The translations under genes were made by a program, and so were the position numbers. Of a stretch of DNA of 64,000 nucleotides, positions 13,401 to 26,500 are shown piece by piece. The DNA is from Botryllus schlosseri (lineage: Eukaryota): the NCBI GenBank assembly GCA_051294905.1, contig CM119376.1, forward strand, positions 28,148,001 to 28,212,000, written 5' to 3'. The notes under the pieces are model-generated. The model saw only the letters and a program-made list of their open reading frames with translations, had not been told where the DNA came from and made no database searches. Positions within the stretch are counted from its first letter, which is position 1; each line of letters begins with the position of its first letter.

Positions 13401-16066
13401 CAGAATTGACTACCCCCCATAGTGCGGGTACCTCTCCACACCTTCGAGACGCTCGTTGTTCTGTTCAATGAGCTACAAAACGATTCCCAGTAGGATCTCT
13501 TTGCATTTATGATAGTCTTCCTCGCCATAGCCCGTTGGCGCTTAAAGTTTACCACATCGTCTACTTGGAAGCTCCGGTTCATCTTTAGAAAGGCTGCGCG
13601 TTTGAGACGTACAACCTTTGCACACTCTGCATTCCACCATGGTCTGCATTCCACCATGGGACGTTTGGTTTGTTCTATGGTTTTGTTAGGGGAATAGTAG
13701 CTTTCGTTGCTTGAGTGAGAGCTTGAGAGTGACTTCCTCCGGCGATAGAGGCTCTGTTGCGTCTCTAATTTTCGATAGTATATTGTGTTCACTCATCTGT
13801 CTGAAATTTTTCCAGTTCGCGTTCCGTAAAGACCAGGTTTCAAGATGCACATCATTTACATGAGTTTTGTGATCAATTCGACTCCAAATCACGTAGTGAC
13901 CGCTTCCAAAAAGATTTTCGGTGACGTGGGTAGTGCATCTATTTGCGATATCATTTGAAGTGATTGTTAAACAACAGTGACCCCCGGCCGCGGTTGGGGA
14001 ACGACAAATCGATTCTAGTTGGAACCGTGGTGTTCAGCACTACCATGTCTTTGCTATCGATAATATGCCCCATGTGTCTTCCACAGGTATTCATCGCGCT
14101 ACTACCCCACAAAATATGATGCGCGTTAAAATCTCCCAGTATTACGAATTTCGCTGTGCATCTACTGAAACATCGTTGCAGCAGTGACCTTGTGAGTTTT
14201 TTGTTAGTAAGGCCTTGAATTGATATGATCTGGGACTCGATTGACTGTACACATTTTGTTGTCATTTCTAAGAATGGGATTCGCGACTTGATAAACATGC
14301 ATAGGCCACCACCGTGGATATTTCTGTCCTTCCTCAGAATAACATAACCCGGTATTCTTGGAGAGAGTATTGGTACCAGGTGCGTCTCTTGTAAAGCAAT
14401 GATATCCTGCTTTCCATCCAAATCTAGAATGTACTTTTTTGAGTTCGTCCAGTTTCCTATAGATCCCTCGGCAATTCCACTGCATTGTTTTCAACATGGT
14501 GAATTCTTGATCTGACATGCTCAAATCCATGATTGGCTTAAAATCTGCGTTCTCGTTGTTGTAAGTTCTCGTTGTGATGAAATCGATCGATTTGGCACGG
14601 TTTCTGTTTTCGACGCGGCTGCATTGGACATCGGTCGATTTGGCATGCTTTCTGTGTTTGACGCGGCTTTATTTGATGTCGATCGATTCGGGGTGTTTTC
14701 TGTAAATGACGAAGCTGTATTGGGTATAGAGACATACCAAGAAAAGTTTCTGCGGACTTGGCCACGATGGATGCAACGTTTATTTCTGTACCTTCATTCA
14801 CGCAGATGAATGCACTTTTCATCGCGTCTGCTATAAATTGGAGGAATTCTGTTTTGGCAATGGAGATGTAGCCAGCACGGTTATGGTTAGCGGTTACCGG
14901 GTTACTGTGTTTTTTTTTGTCGTTGGGAGCATTGTCAGTCGTGCGTGCATCTCTCAATGGAGTGATGGCTGTGGGCATTGGTACTGCGTTGTTTCCGACA
15001 GGTGTCGAGTTTTGATGAGGCAGGATAATTGCAGCGGGGCGCGGCAGAGTCGGGAATTCATCATATGATTGTGTGTTTGGCGGCATTTGTGTCCAAGTGT
15101 ATTTGTTGTCTAGCTTCCCAGTAACCTATTCCCTGTTGTGACATTATCGAGTTAATTTTCACTTCCAGTCGGTAACGCACACAACCGCCGTAACCAGCAG
15201 AGTGTTTCTCACCACAGTTAACACATCTTGGCTCTTTGTCGCAATTCTCGTATTTGTGCTGTTCTCCGCATCTAGTGCAACATTGTGTGCTACGCCACTA
15301 TTTAGACTTGTGCCCAAACCGATTACAGTTATAACATCTAGTTGGCCGTGTGTTATAAACTCGCGTGCGAAATTGCATGAAACCGATTTTACCACAGTTG
15401 GTAATATGGTAGAGCCGAAGCATAACAGAACTGATCGACCCGGTTTAGACTCTCCGTTTGACTTGTAAGATAACCGTCGCACAAAAGTGACTTTGTGCAT
15501 TGCTAATTCAGTTTTGATCTCTTCGTTGGTTAGATCCAAGGGCACATCTCCTATAACTCCCCGCGTCTCGGGTGTTTTCGTTTTGTACGAGCCGAGCTCG
15601 TACCTCTATTGGTTTGTCAGTACTACCAAGGTTAGTGCACGTCAGCAGTTTCGTGAACTGATAGTAGTTCGCGTATAATACGCACAGGTCGCCAGAAGGA
15701 AGTACTTTGACATCTTTGTGGGCACCGCCAAACACCTGATACAGATATCTATTGATGACCAATGGATTGAAAGATCGTAGTTGTCTAATTATACCCTTGA
15801 CGATAACTGAATGACTAGTTTGTACCGAGTTACTTGAAGCTGATTCTTTAGAAGCAGGTCCATTGAGCTGGTCTTCTGCGGAGCGCTTCTACGTTCCTTT
15901 TTTACCAGACATTAACTACGAACTCTGACAACACTGACCACTAGGAAGGTAATGTTATATAAACGACTGTTCTCTTGAAGAGACTTCTCCAAACGCGCTG
16001 CAGCCTCCATGATGAAGCTAATTCCCTTGATTAGGACACGTCCTTTCGCCACGACGCCCACCTCAC
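10494..16066 (-). mobile_element. Full-length, inactivated I-group (I/Nimb-like) LINE: ORF1 with 3 CCHC knuckles; ORF2 with APE, RT, RNase H and C-terminal Zn finger
   Basis: 14-bp TSD gttttgcattggtg at 10480-10493 and 16067-16080. ORF1 has CYNCNRFGH, CTRCGEQH and CVNCGEKH. ORF2 has QWNCRGI, LQETHL, LGDFNAHH, YADD (12946-12957), YADGSK, WIPAHKG and CAECGVQDTVDH. It carries frameshifts, stops and deletions. Confidence 0.92.
10671..11377. mobile_element. Charlie-like hAT MITE inserted in the LINE ORF2 3' end
   Basis: Ends caggggtggccaa / ttggccggcgctg; GCGGGCC subterminal repeats; perfect TSD gtgtaagg. Confidence 0.88.
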
Positions 16067-16580
16067 GTTTTGCATTGGTGTTTTCTCTTCTGTGAAGAAT
16101 TACGTTTTGGTCGATGAAAGGCATCGTTTACAACGGCGGGCCGGATATAGGTTAATGAAGTACTTTACGGCCGGATTACAGAATATATACATTCATACAA
16201 TAATCGAGTATTCATCCACCTATACAAGGAACAAATCGTATTTAATGTGAAGTTTAAGTTTGAAGCATAGTGACCCAAAACAGTATTTAATGAATGCATT
16301 AACAGTAGGTTAACTGTTGAAGTCAATCAGACATCTGTGGTCGATCAAAGTTGTCAACAAGTTCTTTGAACTCTGGCTGCATGTCGTATGTAGCAACCCT
16401 GGATGTGAACATCAGTTATATTGAAACGCAGCCTTGTCTCGTCAATGTTCATGTCGCCAAGGTATGCAGATCCGAACAGGGCAAGTTGTTTCATATCCAA
16501 GTAGTTCCCTGACAAACTTGGTTTCATTATGTGGCGCATAACATTTTATTATGATCACGATATTAGAATCGCAATTAATC

Positions 16581-17038
16581 TAGGCTTATCATATTTTGGA
16601 AATCCAAAAAGAGGACACTTTTTCAGAAATTTCAGACTTGCAAAACCGGAGAAGAATTCTCAAAAACCGATGAATTTTCCCACTTTGTGATCGGTTGACT
16701 GAAAATAAAAAAAAGAGGTCATCTTTCCGCTAAGAGCTCAAAATACCGTTTATCTCTCCCCATCGCCAGGTGGATGACTAAAAAAAAAAAAAGTCATCTT
16801 GTCATCTTTTCGCTCAGAGCTAGAATCACCGTTCTTCACTCCGATATACCCACCGGAGCGTCACTTCTGTGCTAATTTACGGCATATCACTCGCAATTTG
16901 CTCTTAATCTGACCTAAATTTTCAAAAAAGAGGACAAAATATAAAAAAAAGAGGACAAAAGGGCGTCCTCCGAGGGCACTTTCAAAAAAGTCAAAATAGA
17001 GGACAAATCCTCTTAAAAGAGGACGTATGGTAAGCCTA
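16581..17038 (-). mobile_element. TAGGGTTACCAT-family hAT MITE
   Basis: Reverse-complement homologue of 5748-6154; perfect TSD aattaatc. Confidence 0.88.
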
Positions 17039-17500
17039 AATTAATCCGCATGATGAATACTGGAGAAACGCTTTTACTGGAAATTTGATACTGCTATCCG
17101 TCAATTCGATTCACAGACATATTTTTGTGTGGGTCGGAATTAGCGCAAGCGCGTCCAAATGACAACGAATAGGCTATTTCTTTCATACATACCCATATGC
17201 TGGTTGTTTTGAAGTGATTGATCAATTCATGTCATAATAACTCGCCTTTTTTCATTAGCAAAGTTGACTGTTGGTTGCTGTGTGTAGAATTAGTGGGACT
17301 AGAGTAGAGTACATATCTACTCTTTTGCGGGAATAAATTGATTATACTTTATAGCTTTATATTATTTTCAAACACTGTTTCTGCCGTCATTACATTACCC
17401 TGCTACGTCCGCTAAATTCAGTATTGAAAGTGCTTTGCAGTATTATTAATATAGCGTTATATATATGCTCTGCTGAATGTATATGCCGACAACACCAGTT

Positions 17501-17579
17501 ATGCGGGGGAGTGACCTCATGAATTCCGTGACTGCCTTACTATTCCTATTGGAAATTCATTGTCACGTGCAAGGACAAA
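17501..17579 (+). CDS. aGPCR exon 1, signal peptide
   Basis: MRGSDLMNSVTALLFLLEIHCHVQGQ has a hydrophobic core and a VQG|Q cleavage-like site. The phase-1 donor gtaaga matches the phase of the next exon. Confidence 0.7.
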
Positions 17580-20500
17580 GTAAGAAAATTAGCAGTGAAC
17601 GAATTTTAATGATGCAGATGGTAAGGTAAGCCACCGTGTGTCAAACGTGGGTCGTATATAATAGTGGAATAAGGCCCACTATATGTCTATAATAATTGAA
17701 CTAGTACCAGTGATGAGAAAAATGATGAAATTCGATATCAGACTACACATGCTGATCGCGAAATGCTTTACGGGAGTCACATGAAGTGCAAAAAATATTC
17801 TTCCCATTGAATACCAGCTGTCAAATATTCATGGGCAAAATTAGCATATGTATACTTTTATTTTATTTTATTAGCCCACGTGAGCTTATAGGCACAATCG
17901 TACCAGACAAAGTTCAGCCACAAAATATTTCTTAGCCGGCCGCAGGTTGCAGACCCCTGCATTGAAGTATTAGGGAAAGGTTGGTCACAATGGATACAGG
18001 GGCACAATGGTATATCGTGACTATTTCCAAAACCCAACAGGAAGAATATACATCGCTGCGATGATTCAGTAGTGTCATATCGGCCGTAATCCTGATGTGG
18101 TTTGATTTCGCCAGCGTCGCTGTCTTTGTGAGAAAATGACGAGTTGCTTAATTTTGCTAACCTGCATAACTTTACGTCGCTTCCTTTCGATCGCGTTTTA
18201 GGTGGGTATGTCTCGTTTGTTGTGCTTAGTACACAGTTTAGTCAGACCAATTGTTTATCGCCCTATGATATATTAGGAGCAAGATTGCGATTTTTAAGTT
18301 TTTTGGTTTTTGCCCTGAAGAAGTGGGTGGGTCATATTGGGACAATTTGGTTGGGGCACAATGGTCCATTGATATCCAAATGCAGATTTTACAAAATTAA
18401 TAAAAATCAAGACAAGAGTGCGCAGAAACAAGATCGTCACCAACACTCCCTTAAACAACATATCTTGAAAGGTCACGCAATAAATGGAGGACAATCAATG
18501 TGGATCGACGAGCCGTCAGAGATATTCATGGCAGTTTCATTACGATTCAAAACTTTTTAATGTAAAGGGAAACTGGTCTTGGACATCTGCTGATCCATCA
18601 TTTTCTTCAACAGTTCTCCGTTTCTTGCTAACTGATGCGGAATTATTTTCTAATACTGTCCCATATGTTTTTCAAGTGGCAGTCAATTCGCTATTTCTAC
18701 GTATTGTCAGATCATTTTTCTTTGTAAATATGCGTTTTACGTTCATCTATCGTTTTGCAGAAGTTCGTTGGTATTTCAAAATATATTAATGACTAAAATT
18801 GTGTTTTTGGCCCATTGTGCCCAACCTTCCCCTACTATATTTTCGACTGCAGCTGATCATGAATTTCTGATCATCAACTTGTTATTCTCACCCAACTTGA
18901 GAAATCTCTAGCGAGCCAGCAGGCATATACGGCGTCGACAAAGTTTGGAGTGTAAAGCTGAGCCCGACCAACATCTGTCTCTTCAGAAATATATCGGTCT
19001 CGGCCAACTCCAGTAACGGCACCACTACTAAATCTGCGTTTAATGTAAAAAAGTCTTCAGTACTTTGGAATTAATTAGTGAGAACTATTATAGGACATTA
19101 CCAATGCTGAAAACCTGTGTCCTCGTGTACTACAACGCCCGTTAGACCGGGACCAGTATATAACTACATATACTATGTTTGATTTTAAATAAAGAGAGTT
19201 TATATGGAATATATTTGTTAAATTACTGTCACTATAGTTTACGAACCTGCTCGCCAAAACGCTATGGTTGATGACCCCGGTGGTCCCTAAATCTGGACCG
19301 TTTTGCTTTATTGTTTTTGGCTAATTCAATTGTATACATTTCAGGGATTATTCAGAAAATTTCGAGATATAAAATTGAAAATCTGAAATATAACAAATAT
19401 ATGTAGGCTATAAGGCAATTTACTATAGAAGTCGCTTCGAAGTTAAAACTAAATGTTTTTGATGCCTCTAATATCAAACACAGCCGTATTGAGACTCGAA
19501 TACGTCGGTGAGCATTGGAATAGTCACGATGTCTGTAATTTATTTCATGTCCTGTGTATATATTTCGCTGTTTTCTCGATACACAGCATGCACTTGGGAT
19601 CCACCCCAACCAAACGTATACACGAGAGCTAATGGGGCGCCTGCTACGTTGAATCTTTCGGTGTCCGATGAGCTACTTACTAATGCCGACCGGGTCACGT
19701 GGACACTGGGATCGGTAAGTTATATGTAGGCAATTATGCATACATTGAATAATCTAGAAAAAATGAACTCCCTTCTTACTATTTCATAGCAAATTTTCCT
19801 GTTTCGATCATTCCCGAACATATACCTGCACGAAGCCGTGAGAATTCGTCACAGAAGCGCGCTCCTTTCAATGATTAGTATTTGTCGCCTTCTCAAAAGT
19901 TAGGAAGCGAAGTTGCTTGAGGTATCCATCAAATACACCAGCCAGATGTTAACGTCCACCGCGGAAATGTTGGTTAAGGCTGATTCAAGCATATCCGGTT
20001 CCGTATGACATGTCCGGTTTCCGGCACACAAGGTATACAGGAACAAGGTAATGCCGGACGCACGCGCTAACACTGACTGCCAAGTATGCTGTGATCGTAA
20101 CATATCAATAGCACCAACGACGTTGTTGTACCCTTTGACAGAGCTCAATACGATCGGTTTCCAGGCTTTTATTAATATAAGAGTAAGCTAGTGTATCTGA
20201 AAACAAACCACACGACAATAAAACATAGTTAACACAGGTACAACGAACTGAAGCGATGTCACACCCAACTAGTACAGCATGAAATTAATAGTCACGATGT
20301 AAAGGTATAATGAGAAAGCAATCAGCACAAACATCCTCTAGTAGTCAAACGTAACGTAATCACCACAACCTCAACGTTAACAAAATATGAGTCATTATTT
20401 AGAGGTTTGTCCATATCGTTCAGGCGCGTTTGATTCTACTAGCTAGACCTGCTCAAAGGTGGAGGATCAGTGTCACCCTCTTCGAATATTTCCTAGGAAT

Positions 20501-23500
20501 CTTCCTTGTTGGTACTGTCAGCAGTAGGTCCAACCAGAGACGGCCCAGTTCGGTCGCCTCTTCAGCATCGACTATATAGATAGTGCTCGGTCGCTAATGG
20601 ATAAGGTGCCTTGTCCTTGACAGAGACCGACATTCCACTCCGGATGGATGCCAGATCAAGGCATATTTGGTGTTAGCATCGAGCAATTCGACTTCGATAC
20701 CGAGCGGATCACTTTTGCTCCTCCAAAAGAAGCGTCATCGCCACATACGTATTACGACATACATTTAATTGAGACTATGGGCCAGAGATGGCTGAAGTGG
20801 AGCCGATCCTAATCGAGTAGGAAATAGAAATTAGAAGTGCCGACGTCACTGCAACTCGAAGGTTTACCAAAATGATTTGTGATTCCCAATCAGGGGCTCC
20901 TAAACCTTCTCGATAGCGGACATCAACAAGCTTTGTGTTCAGTTGCGCGTGCCGATGATTGGAATGTCATCACTAGGAAGATTGTTTTCGACCTAAAAAA
21001 CGGAAGAATTGGACCTAAAAATCAAAATAGACTTTTTTAACTAAAAAAACACTTAATTTTGAAGTAATGTATGCAAATTTGGTGTTTTCACACATAGTGT
21101 TAAAATTGTATTACTTATCTTCCTTTCTGGTTGGAACTGTCTGTCCTCACCAAGTAGTTTGGCCTGAAAAAGCGTTTTTGACTTAAAAACCGACAAATTT
21201 TTACACGAACTAGTATTTTAACGAAATCGGGCACTACGTATTATGGTAGAAATAATTAAAATTTGTTTTAGTACAACGAAAGATACTTTCCTGCATTCTC
21301 GGGTAGAAAGTGTTTGTTCTTACTAAGTAGCTTGCCAAGAATGGATAAAGAACGTTAAACAGCAGCGGTTGTTGGCTTACAACACTGGAGCTATTGGTAC
21401 ACTGCTGGTGACACACCGTGTTGCTTCATTCTGACAATGTTGTCTACATCAAAATTTTTCATCATGCGCTTCTTGATATAAGAGCCACGCAATGCCCAAG
21501 CAGTCTTGCTTCAGTTAGGATATTGCGGTAAGTTGGCCATAACACCATGTCAACCTATTTGTTTCATTTGACCGTTTATGATTCACAATGAGCAGACAAT
21601 CGGCCGTCTACAACGATAGGCCTATAAAATAGGCTACAAGCTGTAAAATATCAAATGATAAGTTCATCGACAGTGCAAAATCCACGATTCAAACGAAATA
21701 CAGTTTTGACCTTTTGACAATTTTGACAATTTTTTGACCTAACGCAAAAAATTGCCCTAGTCATCACATGAATCTTTACTCTATTTAGGCGGGTAGTCCA
21801 TGCCTAAAATAAGATAACCAATGGCTACACAAGGAAGTCACGGTCCTACTCCCGACGTCATTCTCAAGTATATGTTTTTGCCTTTTTACGGAGCCCCTGA
21901 AACTATTTTTGGTCAATAAGGGGTCTGTGGACCCCAGTTGAAGACGGTGAAGCCGGACACAATGGAAACGACGAAACACGGTGGTAAGATGTCAACACAT
22001 GACGACACCTTGAATTTACTAAATTAATTCTTGATTTCATTTGTGATATCAGCTGGGCGCTATGATGCTCTCCCAATTTATCGAGTGTAGATATTAGTAA
22101 TGCTTCCTTGAATATCTACTCGGGTACAAATAAAAGTTACGATTGAAGAGAGTGCTTCGCGCGCATATCGAAAAAAGTCAGGTTTGACTACTAATCGCGT
22201 AAGCAGTATTATAACTATATAGCATAGATAGAGGCGATGCTTTGCAGGCCATCGTTTGTCATTCGTATGTGAAAACGTACAGTATAATTTGATGGCGCCA
22301 AAGTTCAAACTATCGCTGTATGATGTGAATCCAGCAAAAAGCTACTTACCATCTGACCAGCTGAAAAAAAAACAGTCGTGAGTGTACAATCCAATTCAAT
22401 ATGAAAAATTGTGGTAGAGAAAGTTTTCTAAAAGCATAACCACCACCATAACCGGTGATAAGTACTTTGAAAACATATTCACTTGTTACTAGGAGGTTCT
22501 GTTTTCTTACGCGTATCTTCTTATCCACGAAAGTAGTACAAAGACACAATGCTGACTTCGACGTTTCCAAAATATAGAGGTATTGCAGAGGTGGTCAGTA
22601 ACGAAGTACTTCTACTTTTTAAAAGTACTCAAGTAGTTTTCATCTACGTCTGGTACTTACTCAAGTAGATCCTTTTTACGCTACTTCTACTTCTACTTCG
22701 TAATATTTTGTGACCTACTTACTCACTTTTCGCTATTTTCAGTTTGTCAAGTAGAAGAAGTTTGATCCCCCAATAAGAAAGATAGCCTAAGGAATTTCGG
22801 GGCTGTTTTCACGTAGTACCAGCATTTAATTTTCATAAAAGTCATGTAATACGCATAAATTTCGTTGCGCTTCGCGCACAGTAGATATGGAGTGAGAATT
22901 ATGTATATAATTTAGATACCGGGCTGCGTGGTTCCGTTCACACCGCATTGTCGCCTATATCAAATATTTCATCATAGTAATTATGGCCCCCCATAACGTT
23001 TGAAACTACCTTTTCACAATCCAGCAATTACCTATTATACCTAGTCGACCATGACGTGTCCTAATCTGAAAAAGTGGAATTTGACTTTTTCTAATGTTAG
23101 ACCTGTTTTAGCAGACCGCCGTTGAAACTTTCTGGACAAAAGACATGAAATATATTTCCCGCTTCTCAGCAGTAGTATTTGTATTTTCCGTTCAATTACG
23201 AGTATATTGTACGTTGAATTATAGTTATAGTTCTGTTCATTTGTCTGGAGAACATACGTGTTGAAGTATAAAAGCAAGTGTAGTAATGCCTGATATTGTC
23301 AGATATTAAAGCTATACACTATATTGCATTTTTACGATCTGCCATATTTATAATTTGCGTATACTAATCGCGCAAAGTGTAAAAGCCGTATCCGACACAA
23401 CTTCTCCGAATTGCTCTTCGACTGAGCTAGGGGCCTTGTAATATGGGGGGAGAGCGCCATGCCATGATATTTTCTAAAACGGGGTGTTCGAGTAAATAAA

Positions 23501-26500
23501 GGATTAGTATCGCATTTTCATATCAATAATTCAATAATATCATTTACATCCCATGATGTGGACGACTGCTTATTCTGTCAAAAATTGACACTTCCTGGGA
23601 TGCATGAAATTGAATCAAGCTCTCTACACCTTCCGTATATAGCTCCATTTGCAGCTTTTGACATTTCATGCAAACGAATTACGGTCGTTTTCACAACTAC
23701 TTACTTACATGAGTAGATTTTAAGTCAGTCAATTCTACTTCTACTTCAAGTAGTTTTAGGTTGCTTATGTAATAAGTACTTCTACTCGTACTTGAGTAGA
23801 TTTTTGTCGCTACTTCTACTTCTACTTGAGTAGCTTTCTTGACTACTTTGACCACCTCTGGGTATTGGTGAATTCCACAGCTTTAAATCAGATATTTATT
23901 TCAGATTGTGATTTCCGCACGTCGATTTTCAAGCGTGGATGGAGGGTTCACCGACCTATTTGACAATCTGCGTGGAATCATGAGGTTTAATATCCGATAA
24001 TATTACTCTCATTATGACAGTATCACATATTCCCTCTGTTTATTTACAGCTATTCAACAGGTCTCCACAGTATTACGATTCCTGCAGTCTATAGAAACGA
24101 CAGCGGTCTCCAGATTACGGTGACCAGTGGAGGCTGTTATTTGAATGATGTTTCACACCCCATTACGCTTCAGGTCGAATGTGAGTTTGCACGTAATTCA
24201 GTATGAGTATTAGTATTTAGCGCTTGGCAATTTGTAGCTTGGTAGTGTGTAGTCTGAACTTCTACGTTGTCACGAAATTGTGCGTCCAGCCAAGGTTAGT
24301 CACATGCCAGAGGTGGTCAGTAACGAAGTATTTCTACTTTTTGGAAGTACTCAAGTAGTTTTCCTCTACTTCTGCTACTTACTCAAACAGATCTGATTTT
24401 CTCTACTTCTACTTCTACTTCGCAATATTTTGCGATCTACTTACTTACTTTTCACTATTTTCAGTTTGTGAAGTAGAGGTAGTTTAATCCGCCAATACGA
24501 AAGATAGCCTGAGGAATTTCGGGGCTGTTTTCACGGAGTACCGACATTTAATATTCATAAAAGTCAAGTAGGGCCCAGAAATTTTGTTGCGCTTCGCGCA
24601 CACTAGTTGGAGTGTCAAATATGTTTTCACGAAAGTATCAGTGAATATAATTTAGGTACCGGATCCTTGGTTCCGCTCACACCGCATTGTCTCCCATATC
24701 AAATATTTCATCACAGTACCTATGGCTCACCATACCGTTTGAAACTACCGTTTCGCAATCTAGCAATTACCATTCATTTCGTTATCTAGAAACCCATGAC
24801 TTGTCCTGCCAATCTGAAAAATCCGGCTTTTTCTTTAACGTTACACCTGTTTTAGCAGATCACCTTTGAAGCTTTATGGACAAAAGACATGAAATATATT
24901 TTCCGCTTTTTAGAAGTGGTATTTGCATTTCACTTTCACTTCCGAGTATCATACTTTGAGTTCTATAATTACTTTCAGTTCTTTTGTCAGCATAACATAC
25001 ACGCTGAAGCATAAAAACAAGCGTAGTAATTCCTCTATTTTCCGAAAATAAAGCTACACTAAATATAACTTTTACGATCCACAATATTTGTTAGTATACC
25101 GTATGCTAATCGCGCAAAGTGTTGAAACCGTGTCCAACTTCTCCGTATTGCTCTTCGCCTAAACATGAGGCCTTATAATATGGGGTAGGGCGCCATGTAA
25201 TGATATTCTCTAAAACGGGGTCTTCTAGTCACATGATGCGAAATAATGCTTATTCTGTCGAAAATCCATACCCCCTTGGATGCATCAATTCGAATAAAGC
25301 TTTCTGCACCTTCCGCATAGGTCATTTTGCAGCTTTCGACAGTCCATGCGAACGAATTAAGACTGTTTTCAAAACTACTTACTTACTTGAGTAGATCTAA
25401 AGTCAGTCAATTCTACTTCTACTTCAAGTAGTTTTAGATGGCTTATGGAAGAAGTACTTTTACTCGTAGTTGAGTAGATTTTTTCGTCGCTACTTCTACT
25501 TCTACTTGAGTAGCTTTCTTGACAACTTCGACCACCTTTGGTCACATCACATGTGTAAACCGCTAAAAGTTTCGTGTTCGTATTAACACGACCTTTATAA
25601 AAGGTTCATCTTGTGCACAATCGTGAACACTAACTTATGTTAATTAAAACACAAATTCCCTTCCTCTCTGCGCCCATGTCCGTAAAATATATTGCCGGAC
25701 TAGTAGTTGTTAATCAAGCTTGGCGATATTGAACAATGTCACTCACGTGAGTGACATTTCCCGTCATTGTCTTCTAGATCTTGCTGATTAATTATATTAA
25801 GATAGAGGGTTAGTTTTCGGTACAGTTAGACCCCCTATTCGCACCAAGTAGCTGGGTGCCGCACCCAATCCCCACTTTCCTCTTTGGATAATCTCATCAC
25901 TGTCTCTAATACAATTACAAACACACGCATAGTTTCCGTAGCGAACCAAGTATATGGGCATTACTCGATTCACGAAGGAGCCGGAATATATTTAAAGGCG
26001 GAATCGGGACTTATCTATCTATTTATATCTACCATTCAATTGTGTTCTAGTCTCACAACCTGCGATATTTTTCAAGATTCTCGAATGAATTTTATCAATA
26101 ATATTGGAACTTGCATATATTACTATTAATATTTCATCCTCTATCAGTCCATGTGATCAGGTTAATCATTAGAACTGGGATTATAGGCACTATGATTCGA
26201 GTAATAATTCTATTGATTCGTGACGAGTATAGGGAGGTATATATTTGCGGTACTATTTTCCACCGTGGAAGGATGGAAGCCTAGATTGTTGTATTACAGC
26301 ATACGAAAAGTTTAATACAAAGCTACACAACACGCGTTTGTGGAAATGACATTTATATGAAGTCGTAATCAATCCACAGCTTTTTCACAGAGAACTATGA
26401 AATAGATTGGCGATAACATACCAAATCATCTTTAATGAGATGTTGAACTGACATTATTTGCAGTGTAGTCACTTAAAAAGCACCTATCTGAACGTCTCAC

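Noticed and set aside
17490-17500. AG two nt before the ATG as a trans-splice or 5' UTR acceptor
   Set aside because: There is no polypyrimidine tract, so it cannot be supported without transcripts.
18144-18789. ORFs as host exons
   Set aside because: They lie inside a TA-flanked TIR element and show no domain signal.
22586-25540. Regular GTAGAA/CTACTT repeats resembling a CRISPR or satellite array
   Set aside because: They are subterminal repeats of a TIR/TSD-bounded MITE with five copies. There are no unique spacers or cas genes, and the context is eukaryotic.
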